Of a stretch of 11,107 nt of DNA, positions 1 through 7,506 are shown one piece after another. Both the position numbers and the translations under genes were made by a program. How positions within the stretch are numbered: position 1 is the stretch's first letter; every line of letters begins with the position of its first letter. Source of the DNA: Candidatus Bathyarchaeia archaeon (GTDB lineage Archaea > Thermoproteota > Bathyarchaeia > 40CM-2-53-6); assembly GCA_049517415.1 (NCBI GenBank), contig JBEKSC010000046.1:1-11107 (forward strand). Reading direction: 5' to 3'. Below the pieces are notes generated by a model. It saw nothing but the letters and a program-made list of their open reading frames with translations. It searched no databases and had not been told where the DNA came from.

Positions 1-471
1 CGATCCTACCCGAAACACGCCCTGAAACCCAGAGAACCCTACCCCGAGCTGACCAACTTCGGGGCCTGCAAGTTCGCCGCCAGAACTGCGTACAAGATGG
101 CGGGAATCAAGAAGCCTCTCAAGGAGGTCGACGTTGTAGAAATACACGACGCCTACGATTCGAGCGAGCTCCAAACCTACGAGGATCTAGACTTTTGCAA
201 AAGGGGCGAAGGCAAGACGCTCATCAGGGAAGGACAGACTTACGTGGACGGTGAAATACCAGTGAACGTCAGCGGGGGTCTGGAAGGGTTCGGGCACCCG
301 GTTGGCTCTACGGCGATCGGTCAAACCGTCGAGCTCTTTTGGCAACTGAGACAGGAGATTGGAAAGAAGCACAAGAGCAATGCCACTCAAGTGAAGGGCG
401 CGAAAGTTGGGCTTAATCACAGCCATGCGGGCACCGGAACTGCGATCTCAGTCATGATCATGGAGAGGTGA
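1..471 (+). CDS. Thiolase-family protein (archaeal/SCP2-like acetyl-CoA acetyltransferase), C-terminal part, 5'-truncated by the window
   Basis: Frame 1 is open from base 1 (RSYPKHALKP...) through the listed 97..471 ORF. It has thiolase C-terminal motifs VVEIHDAY, PVNVSGGL and GHPVGST, and is followed directly by a DUF35 gene as is typical for archaeal thiolases. Confidence 0.9.
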   Translation, partial: RSYPKHALKPREPYPELTNFGACKFAARTAYKMAGIKKPLKEVDVVEIHDAYDSSELQTYEDLDFCKRGEGKTLIREGQTYVDGEIPVNVSGGLEGFGHPVGSTAIGQTVELFWQLRQEIGKKHKSNATQVKGAKVGLNHSHAGTGTAISVMIMER

Positions 472-1154
472 TGGAAATGCAACCTGACAAAGTTGTCAAA
501 GAGAAGAAGCCCGATGAGAAATGGAACGAATGGGGCCGGTCTGGGAAGTGGAACGTGGTCGGCTACAAGATCATCGAAGGGGACAAGGGCCCAAGACCTG
601 ACAAGCTCGAAAGAGCAAGATACATGCTCGTTAACCGGCCATGGGACGTGATGTACGAGCACAGTTACGGACTGGTCTCAAGATTCTTTGAGGAACTGCT
701 CGAGAAGAAGTTGTTCGGAACCAAGTGTCCGAAATGCGGAGACGTATTCTGCCCGCCGAGAGCGCACTGCTGGAGGAACAAGTGTCGTCTTGCTGAGACT
801 CAGTGGGTAGAGATGCCAATGCGTGGCATGCTTCACTGCTTCACAGTCCTTGGCTTCGCAGGCGAGGCATTTCTGGCGGATCTGCCTTTCATATTGGCTT
901 ATGTCAGAGTTGAAGGGGCGAACACTCTGATCGCAGGCCGCCTAGTGGGCATCGAGCCAGAAGATGTAGAGTGCGACATGAATGTGGAAATCAAGTTCGT
1001 TGATCAGCCCAGCGGCAATCCCATGGATATCTACTTCGTTCCGGCAGGACCCCCGCGGGGCAGAAGATCAGAGGAAGAAAAGGCGCGAATGAGGAAACAA
1101 CTCGAACCGATACGGGTCTGGGTGAAAGAACGATTTGGTCAGAAAACCAAGTAG
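471..1154 (+). CDS. Zn-ribbon + OB-fold (DUF35/ChsH2-like) protein, thiolase partner
   Basis: CPKC-x4-PPRAHC-x4-C zinc ribbon followed by OB-fold (PFILAYVRVEGA...). Overlaps the thiolase stop (TGATG). Start could be 468 (GTG), 471 or 477 (ATG; GAGGTGAT SD-like sequence just upstream). Confidence 0.88.
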   Translation: MEMQPDKVVKEKKPDEKWNEWGRSGKWNVVGYKIIEGDKGPRPDKLERARYMLVNRPWDVMYEHSYGLVSRFFEELLEKKLFGTKCPKCGDVFCPPRAHCWRNKCRLAETQWVEMPMRGMLHCFTVLGFAGEAFLADLPFILAYVRVEGANTLIAGRLVGIEPEDVECDMNVEIKFVDQPSGNPMDIYFVPAGPPRGRRSEEEKARMRKQLEPIRVWVKERFGQKTK

Positions 1155-1279
1155 AGGGGCACTGCCCTACAACATCGAAGTCAAAAAACGATTGTTACCT
1201 CCAATTGGCGATAAGGATCGTGTAGTTTTCAGGGAAAGCGCCAAATGCACGGGATCTATACTTGACATTGAGCATTTCG

Positions 1280-1312
1280 AAAAAGGAGCCTAGTCTCTTG
1301 GATACTAAGGCT
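1280..1312 (-). terminator. Candidate hairpin + U-tract terminator after the cobalamin-binding subunit gene
   Basis: Minus-strand RNA reads AGCCU-U-AGU-AUCCAAGAG-ACU-AGGCU-CC-UUUUU, starting in the stop codon: an 8-bp stem with one bulge, then 5 U. Confidence 0.35.
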
Positions 1313-1750
1313 ACTTCCAACGTTCCTTCTTAACGCGGCCCACTATGTGGTCGACGATTGCTTTCAGAGTTGTGCCTGGGCCGAAATTTCCCGTTATTCC
1401 CAACTTCTCAAGTTTTGGTTTGTCTTCTTCGGGAATAATGCCGCCGCCTACAAGCAGTATGTCGCTTGCGTGTTTCTCTTTCAACGCCTTCGCGACTTTC
1501 GGGAACGCCGTCATGTGTGCCCCGTTGAGCAGACTCATTGCGACAACATCAACATCCTCATCAATAGCCATCTGAGCGACTTGCTCAGGGCTGGCCAAGA
1601 GCCCTGCATAGATTACTTCCATCCCAGCATCTCGGAGTGCCCTGCACAGAACAAGGGCGCCACGGTCGTGCCCGTTTGGCCGTAGGTTTACGCGAGCCCG
1701 GGCTTCGCCACAAGCACCCTAATCTTTTTCTGCTCGGTCTTCCTATCCAC
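1311..1750 (-). CDS. Cobalamin (B12)-binding small subunit of acyl-CoA mutase (IcmB/MCM C-terminal type), split by a 17-nt intron: join(complement 1693..1750, 1311..1675), 140 aa
   Basis: Exon 1 reads VDRKTEQKKIRVLVAKPGL and exon 2 reads (D)GHDRGALVLCRALRDAGMEVIYAGL... Removing 1676-1692 gives CTC GAC GGG CAC GAC CGT GGC = LDGHDRG, the DxHxxG cobalt-ligand motif. Downstream SLLNGAH and VGGGIIP motifs are intact. The ORF track only finds the truncated 1311..1622 piece. Confidence 0.9.
1676..1692 (-). other. Putative 17-nt bulge-helix-bulge (BHB) mRNA intron, CGUAAACCUACGGCCAA
   Basis: Fold: exon stem GCCCG/CGGGC (5 bp), central helix GGCU/GGCC (4 bp), bulges CG^C and AA^A (3 nt each), intron stem GUA/UAC with AACC loop. 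Cuts after the 2nd base of each bulge match the boundaries that restore the Asp codon. Unspliced it gives an in-frame TAA and a frameshift. Confidence 0.88.
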
Positions 1751-1773
1751 CGTGCGTGTTGTTGAGATCTTTC

Positions 1774-1780
1774 CACCTCC
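1774..1780 (-). promoter_or_regulatory. Shine-Dalgarno-like site GGAGGTG for the B12-binding subunit gene
   Basis: Minus strand GGAGGTG lies between the large-subunit stop (1786-1788) and the small-subunit ORF. Confidence 0.55.
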
Positions 1781-1785
1781 GGAGT

Positions 1786-3558
1786 TCAGAGTATCGAGGG
1801 TTCCTTCCAGTCCCCGAACACTTTTCTCCCAACGTCAACGATCTCTCCAAGTGTCGCATAGGACTTGACCGCTTTAAGCATCGGGTAAATACTGTTTGAA
1901 TTAGGATCCTCGAAAGAAGAGCGAAGTTGTTCTAAAGAGTTTTTCACCGCGGTACCATTCCGAGTCTTTTTGAGTTCACCTAACCTCTTTACCTGGCTCT
2001 GGCGCACTTTTTCGTCGATTCTTAAAGTCTCGATGGGGGAAGCTTCATTCATTTCGTAGGCATTGACTCCCACAATAACTCTCTTGCCTTCTTCCATCTG
2101 ACGTTGGTACTTGTATGAGGTGTCTGCAATTTCTCTTTGGATGAAACCTTTCTTGATGGCGGCCAGAATACCGCCTATGTCCTCGATTTTAGCGAGATAC
2201 TCGAATGTTCGCTGTTCCAGTTCATCCGTTAACCACTCCACATAATAGGACCCGCCGAGAGGATCGATTACATTGGCAACACCTGTTTCTTCGGCTACCA
2301 GTTGCTGCGTTCTCAGGGCGATTAGGGCAGCCTGCTCTGTTGGCAGGGCCCACGCTTCATCGTAGGCGTTTGTGTGCAGGGATTGTGTTCCACCCAGTAC
2401 TGCGGCTAAGCCCTCTACCGCAGTTCTTACAATGTTGTTGAGTGGTTGTTGCCACGTCAACGATACACCTGATGTCTGGGTGTGAAATCGCATCAGCATT
2501 GACCTTGGGTCTTTCGCATGGTATTTTTCCTTGAGAACCTTAGACCAGATTCGTCGCGCAGCCCGGAATTTTGCAATTTCCTCGAAGAAATCCATCCCGC
2601 AGTTAAAGAAGAACGACAACCTGGGGGCGAAATCATCCACCTTCAGCCCAGCCTTCAGGCCTAAGTCTACATACGCAAAACCATCGGCGAGCGTAAAAGC
2701 CAGCTCTTGCAAGGCGCTTGAACCAGCTTCGCGAATATGGTATCCGCTTACGCTGACATAGTTCCACGTCGGCATGTGTTTTGTGGAGTAAAGCATCATG
2801 TCACGGATAATTCGGAGGTGAGCTTCAGGGGGATACACCCACTCTTTTTGGGCAGCATACTCCTTGAGAATATCCGTCTGCACGGTGCCACGCAGTTTTC
2901 TTGAATTAAATCCGCGCTCATCCGCGAGTGCAACATACATACAAGTTAGGACAGAAGCCGGCGCGTTGATTGTCATTGAGGTACTGACCTGATCAAGCGG
3001 AATGCCATCAAAGATGGCCTCCATGTCTTTGAGTGACGATACGGAAACGCCGCATTTGCCAACTTCGCCTTCCGCCCTCGGATGGTCGGCGTCAATTCCA
3101 TACAAAGTGGGCATATCGAAAGCGATGCTCAGCCCAGTTTCGCCCTCTTTAAGGAGGTACTTTAGGCGGGCGTTGGTTTCCTCAGGGCTCCCGTAACCAG
3201 AGAACATTCGCATAGTCCACGGGCGACCTCTGTACATGGTAGGGTAGATTCCACGGGTGTATGGAAATTCGCCGGGTAATCCAATATCACGGTGATAATC
3301 ATGGTGCGACACGTCAGTAGGATCGTAGATGCGCTTGAGGGGGATCCCTGAGGGATTCTCGAAGGCTTCCCTCCGCTCAGGTGCATTCGCCAACCATTTC
3401 ATGAGCGTGCCTTGGTTCCATTTGCGCTGATTTCGCGCAATGGAATGGAGCTCTTTGCGGTTGTACAGCGTGGCCTGTTTCTTTTTCGCGGCTGTAATTT
3501 GCTCAACTTTCCTGGCCCAGTAATTTATTCTTCGTTTTGGGGGCATTTGTTTCCACAC
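1786..3558 (-). CDS. icmA: Acyl-CoA mutase large (substrate-binding) subunit, isobutyryl-CoA mutase-type
   Basis: MCM-family motifs PGEFPYTRG, GLSIAFD, STSMTIN, SGYHIREAG, FHTQTSG, GGTQSLHTN, DPLGGSYYVE; no fused B12 domain. Specificity positions are Phe (WTMRMF) and Gln (KEYAAQ) rather than Tyr/Arg. The true start is uncertain and may lie downstream of 3558. Confidence 0.85.
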   Translation of the reverse strand: MWKQMPPKRRINYWARKVEQITAAKKKQATLYNRKELHSIARNQRKWNQGTLMKWLANAPERREAFENPSGIPLKRIYDPTDVSHHDYHRDIGLPGEFPYTRGIYPTMYRGRPWTMRMFSGYGSPEETNARLKYLLKEGETGLSIAFDMPTLYGIDADHPRAEGEVGKCGVSVSSLKDMEAIFDGIPLDQVSTSMTINAPASVLTCMYVALADERGFNSRKLRGTVQTDILKEYAAQKEWVYPPEAHLRIIRDMMLYSTKHMPTWNYVSVSGYHIREAGSSALQELAFTLADGFAYVDLGLKAGLKVDDFAPRLSFFFNCGMDFFEEIAKFRAARRIWSKVLKEKYHAKDPRSMLMRFHTQTSGVSLTWQQPLNNIVRTAVEGLAAVLGGTQSLHTNAYDEAWALPTEQAALIALRTQQLVAEETGVANVIDPLGGSYYVEWLTDELEQRTFEYLAKIEDIGGILAAIKKGFIQREIADTSYKYQRQMEEGKRVIVGVNAYEMNEASPIETLRIDEKVRQSQVKRLGELKKTRNGTAVKNSLEQLRSSFEDPNSNSIYPMLKAVKSYATLGEIVDVGRKVFGDWKEPSIL

Positions 3559-3639
3559 GAACTTAGAAAGTTCAGAGGAGGGGCGTTAATGTTCTTTTGG
3601 GTAATCTGAGGCCGTTGTCCTTCAAGGTCATATACGTCC

Positions 3640-5256
3640 TTGGTTCCTAGGATTGTTCGTCCAACTTTGAAGGAAAAGAAGAGTTCTTCTTCGCCGGCCA
3701 CGACAGGGAAGCAACACTTCGGCGCGTCAGATTCCAGTCCTCACTACCCCAAAGGCATTCTAGGTGAACCTGGCAAATTTCCATTTACGCGCGGTATCTA
3801 CCCTGAAATGTACCGTTCGCGGCTCTGGACGATGAGGCAGTATTCAGGGTTTGGTAGCGCAGAAGCCACGAATAGGCGTTTCAGGTTTCTGATAAAACAA
3901 GGACAAACCGGGCTCAGTGTTGCCTTTGACCTTCCGACTCAATTGGGGTTTGATTCAGACAGCCCGAGAGCTGAGGGCGAGGTGGGCCGGGTAGGAGTAC
4001 CCATCAGTTCCGTGGAAGATATGCGATTGCTTTTCCGAGGCATCAAGCTTGGAACGGTCAGCACTTCCATGACCATCAACGCTACTGCGGCCATAATGCT
4101 GGCGATGTATGCTGCGGTAGGGAGTTCGCAAGGGGTTCCGCTTTCACGATTGCGGGGAACGACGCAGAATGATATTCTCAAAGAGTACATAGCTCGAAAT
4201 ACCTACATCTTCCCTCCCGAGCAATCCTTGAGGTTGTCCGTGGATATCATCGAATTTTGTGCAGAACAGATGCCGATGTGGCACCCGATCAGCATAAGCG
4301 GATACCACATAAGGGAAAGTGGCTCAAGCGCAGTCCAGGAACTCGCTTACGCGTTTGCAAACGCAGAAGAGTACGTTCGCGCTTGCATTAAGCGAGGATT
4401 GGAGGTCGACGATTTCGCACCACACTTGTCCTTCTTCTTCGCATGTCATAACGACTTCCTAGAAGAGATAGCGAAGTTCCGTGCAGCACGTCGCATATGG
4501 GCGCATATGATGAAAGAAAAATTCCACGCGAAGAATCCTGAGTCTATGAAGCTACGTTTCCATACTCAAACTAGCGGGGAAACGTTGACTGCACAGCAAC
4601 CGCAAAACAATATTGTGCGCGTGGCCATACAGGCTTTGGCAGCGGTCTTAGGGGGTACACAATCCTTGCACACAAATTCCCTCGACGAAGCGTTATCTTT
4701 GCCTACAGAGGAAGCCGTGAAAATAGCACTCCGAACGCAGCAGATAATTGCCTTCGAGAGTGGCGTGACAAAGGCAATCGACCCATTGGGTGGGAGCTTC
4801 TACGTGGAATCCTTGACGAACAAGATTGAAAACGAAGCGAAAGCCGAGATTCGTAAAGTCGATGAATTAGGCGGTGCTGTGAAAGCAATTCAGAGCGGAT
4901 ACATCCAGAATCAGGTTCGCGATAGCGCCTTCAAGAGGCAAATGGGCATAGAATCGAGCGCTCACAAGATAGTCGGCGTTAACGTATATGTTGACACGAA
5001 ACCGTACCATATTACCCTCCATAAGATCGAGTCAGCCGCGGTACGCCGGCAGATCTCTCGCACTAAGGCTTTCAAGCGAAAACGCAAGAAAACTCAGCTA
5101 CTTCGTAACCTCAGAACGCTTCAGAATGCTCTAGAGCGAGACATCAATGTAATGCCTTTGATAATCAGCGCTGTAAAGTCCGGAGCCACCACCGGCGAAA
5201 TAAGTGATGCCATAAGAGAAGAGTATGGGGAGTTTCATCCCAAGACCATTATCTAG
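3640..5256 (+). CDS. mcmA: Methylmalonyl-CoA mutase large (substrate-binding) subunit
   Basis: Same family motifs, with the MCM specificity residues Tyr (WTMRQY) and Arg (KEYIAR); no fused B12 domain. TTG start is uncertain. Confidence 0.9.
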   Translation: MVPRIVRPTLKEKKSSSSPATTGKQHFGASDSSPHYPKGILGEPGKFPFTRGIYPEMYRSRLWTMRQYSGFGSAEATNRRFRFLIKQGQTGLSVAFDLPTQLGFDSDSPRAEGEVGRVGVPISSVEDMRLLFRGIKLGTVSTSMTINATAAIMLAMYAAVGSSQGVPLSRLRGTTQNDILKEYIARNTYIFPPEQSLRLSVDIIEFCAEQMPMWHPISISGYHIRESGSSAVQELAYAFANAEEYVRACIKRGLEVDDFAPHLSFFFACHNDFLEEIAKFRAARRIWAHMMKEKFHAKNPESMKLRFHTQTSGETLTAQQPQNNIVRVAIQALAAVLGGTQSLHTNSLDEALSLPTEEAVKIALRTQQIIAFESGVTKAIDPLGGSFYVESLTNKIENEAKAEIRKVDELGGAVKAIQSGYIQNQVRDSAFKRQMGIESSAHKIVGVNVYVDTKPYHITLHKIESAAVRRQISRTKAFKRKRKKTQLLRNLRTLQNALERDINVMPLIISAVKSGATTGEISDAIREEYGEFHPKTII

Positions 5257-5280
5257 GAAGATAACGAGGCGCCCACGCTC

Positions 5281-6255
5281 GTGCCTAAATCGCATGCAAA
5301 ATCAACGCCCAGCGCATTAATTCGAAAAGCTGTGCATGGGGATCGACGTGCCATATCACAGTTAATGTCGATGGCTGAGAATGACCCTCAAGCGAGGATT
5401 ACGATTCTTTCTAAGTTGTACTGGCTTACTGGGAAGGCGCAAATCGTTGGCATAACTGGTCCGCCAGGATGCGGAAAGAGCACGCTGATTGCACAACTTG
5501 CGAAGCGTTACAGAGATGCTGGCCGCAGTGTGGGAATTGTCGCTGTCGACCCGTCAAGTCACATAACTGGTGGAGCCTTGCTTGGTGATCGAATTAGGAT
5601 GGGAGAACTCGCCTCGGATCCCCGAGTTTTTATCAGGAGCATGGCTACTCGCGGGCATTTTGGGGGGGTTGCAAGAGCAACGGAAGACGCGGTTCGAATC
5701 CTAGACGCTTCGGCGATGGACTATGTGATTGTTGAAACAGCGGGAGCGGGTCAGTCAGATGTTTATGTTAAGCAACTTGCGCATACCACTGTCGTCGTAA
5801 CTGCCCCCGGGATGGGGGACGAAATTCAAGCTTTGAAAGCGGGCATTATGGAAATCGCAGATATCTTCGTCGTCAACAAGGCCGATAGGGAGGATGCGGA
5901 CCGCGCGGCGCAAGAAATTCACCAAATGATTATGATGTCCGAACCTTTCCGAGGCTGGCGGCCACGCGTCCTGAAGACGGTTGCGACATCCGGGGATGGA
6001 GTCGCCGGACTCGTGGAGACGATAAACCAACATGCAAAGTACCTTGGGGATTCCGGCGGGTTGCGGAAAACTAGAGTTGCACGCCTGCCTTCTGAAGTGC
6101 TTGAAGTAGCCAAACAGTACTTTGAGGAGGTAACGCTGAAAGAAATAGCGACATCCGAAATGTTTCAGAAAATTATGAGGCAGGTAACAGCGAACAAAAT
6201 TGACCCTTACTCCGCGGGCCGCAAATTAGTCAGTAAGCGACTTGCAAGACGCTAG
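5281..6255 (+). CDS. meaB: Methylmalonyl-CoA mutase-associated GTPase MeaB (ArgK/MMAA family)
   Basis: GITGPPGCGKS Walker A, AVDPSS, GGALLGDRIRM, FIRSMATRG, VETAGAGQ, NKAD; 24 nt downstream of the mutase gene. Confidence 0.95.
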   Translation: MPKSHAKSTPSALIRKAVHGDRRAISQLMSMAENDPQARITILSKLYWLTGKAQIVGITGPPGCGKSTLIAQLAKRYRDAGRSVGIVAVDPSSHITGGALLGDRIRMGELASDPRVFIRSMATRGHFGGVARATEDAVRILDASAMDYVIVETAGAGQSDVYVKQLAHTTVVVTAPGMGDEIQALKAGIMEIADIFVVNKADREDADRAAQEIHQMIMMSEPFRGWRPRVLKTVATSGDGVAGLVETINQHAKYLGDSGGLRKTRVARLPSEVLEVAKQYFEEVTLKEIATSEMFQKIMRQVTANKIDPYSAGRKLVSKRLARR

Positions 6256-6362
6256 TTTGAGCTTACCCGAGAAGGGAAGAAACTGCAAGATCAGCCCCTC
6301 TGGACCCGGAAAATCGTCCATCCATTGGAGGATGCCTCTATGCGTGCGCGCGGCTAAACCAA

Positions 6363-6397
6363 AGTGTATAACACCTTAACATTGGGGGTATAACACT
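6363..6397. repeat. Direct repeat GTATAACAC x2 (6366-6374, 6388-6396) with flanking inverted AGTGT/ACACT; candidate operator
   Basis: Exact 9-bp repeat at 22-bp spacing in the intergenic region upstream of the PolB2 cassette. The regulatory role is inferred. Confidence 0.45.
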
Positions 6398-6451
6398 CGA
6401 TGAACCGCCTCAAAATGCAGAACGCTTTACATTCACATATCTCTGACAGAC

Positions 6452-7252
6452 ATGCGCTCAATCTGGTCTCCCAGATTATCTGCTTGTATTCTTCACGGCA
6501 ATTCTATGGTTCCATTGAATTGTAAAGTAACCGTCGAAAACTTTGTGAAAGTTAACGACCTTCTAGGCAAGCGTGAACAGTTACAACCTGATTTGACTTC
6601 TGGCATGGAAGTCATAGACGGGATCTTGAGGCTCAACTTCGGCCAGTTTGTTACGTTTCAGGGGAACCATGCACATGCTCTCTCTATGTTACTCTGCGTC
6701 AGGGCGACTCTGCCACAACCGTTAAGCCCAGATTGTGATTCGGTATTCGTTGACGGAGGTAACCTTTTCGACCCATACTATATCTCAGACCGCTCAGTTG
6801 AGCATGGCCTTGACACGGAGAAAGTGTTAGAACGTCTTCACGTCAGTAGGGCTTTCACCCACCACCAACTCGCGTGCCTCATAACCGATAAACTTCCACC
6901 CGCGATAAAGAAATTCAGGGCGAAATTCGTCGTCGTCTCTGGCATTACGCAGCTCTACCGCGACCCAGACATACAGGGCGAGGATAAAGAAGATGCACTT
7001 CGCATCTTCGCGAAAACTGTAAGAAAACTCGCAAGCCTCGCCAGACAACAAAAATGCTTGATAATTGCAACGAACTTAGAATCCAGAAATACACTAATGG
7101 ATCACATCCTTGCACAGGCCGCTCACGTTGCTGCAACAATCGAGCAAAAAGACACCTTGATTCGATTCTCATTACGGAAACATCCATGGCTTCCCCCAAG
7201 CACCGCTGTCGCATCCTCGCCTGGGATCGTGACTTTGGAGAGTTACCTGTGA
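6452..7252 (+). CDS. Inactivated RadA/Rad51-like ATPase-fold protein associated with PolB2
   Basis: LTSGMEVIDGIL, VFVDGGNLFDPY, LERLHVSRAFTHHQL and VVVSGITQLY resemble the RecA/RadA core, but the Walker A GxxxxGKT is absent (FQGNHAHALS). The real start is probably ATG 6506 or GTG 6545. Confidence 0.8.
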   Translation: MRSIWSPRLSACILHGNSMVPLNCKVTVENFVKVNDLLGKREQLQPDLTSGMEVIDGILRLNFGQFVTFQGNHAHALSMLLCVRATLPQPLSPDCDSVFVDGGNLFDPYYISDRSVEHGLDTEKVLERLHVSRAFTHHQLACLITDKLPPAIKKFRAKFVVVSGITQLYRDPDIQGEDKEDALRIFAKTVRKLASLARQQKCLIIATNLESRNTLMDHILAQAAHVAATIEQKDTLIRFSLRKHPWLPPSTAVASSPGIVTLESYL

Positions 7253-7506
7253 TGGGGCGAACAATACCGTCATGGAGAATGGTCGTAGAGGCTGAGGTTG
7301 AGAAACTGAAAAGATTTCAGGAATTTCTCAGAGAAGAAGACAAAATCATTTTCGAAGATATGTTGAACCAATGTAAGCTGCTCGCGTCAGCGGCGAGTGC
7401 AATGGCCTCACCAATAAAACAGGTGCCCTTGATCATTTCTATGCTGTTCGCGCACCACAAGAAAATTATCGAATTAGAGAAGAGGATCGAAGAGCGGGGC
7501 CTTTGA
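7252..7506 (+). CDS. Small alpha-helical PolB2-associated protein (arCOG07300-like), 84 aa
   Basis: MGRTIPSWRM... begins at the ATG overlapping the upstream TGA (TGATG); its own stop overlaps the polB2 TTG (TTGA). This position matches the conserved PolB2 operon. Confidence 0.8.
   Translation: MGRTIPSWRMVVEAEVEKLKRFQEFLREEDKIIFEDMLNQCKLLASAASAMASPIKQVPLIISMLFAHHKKIIELEKRIEERGL

Noticed and set aside
352..402. Short apparent insertion in the thiolase (EIGKKHKSNATQV) as a third, in-frame intron
   Set aside because: No BHB fold could be built and there is no stop; likely a protein loop. In-frame stop-free introns elsewhere cannot be fully excluded by eye.
1585..1776. 63-aa minus-strand ORF, or a programmed frameshift/sequencing error explaining the broken small subunit
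   Set aside because: The ORF is out of frame with both conserved exons and has no recognisable motif. The defect is 17 extra structured bases, not a 1-nt slip, and no slippery run is present.
6400..6525. 41-codon ORF upstream of the RadA-like gene
   Set aside because: No recognisable motif or SD; probably chance.
7054..7251. N-terminal extension of the 150-aa ORF
   Set aside because: It overlaps the RadA-like gene in another frame; the conserved-looking sequence starts at MGRT (7252) with stop/start coupling.
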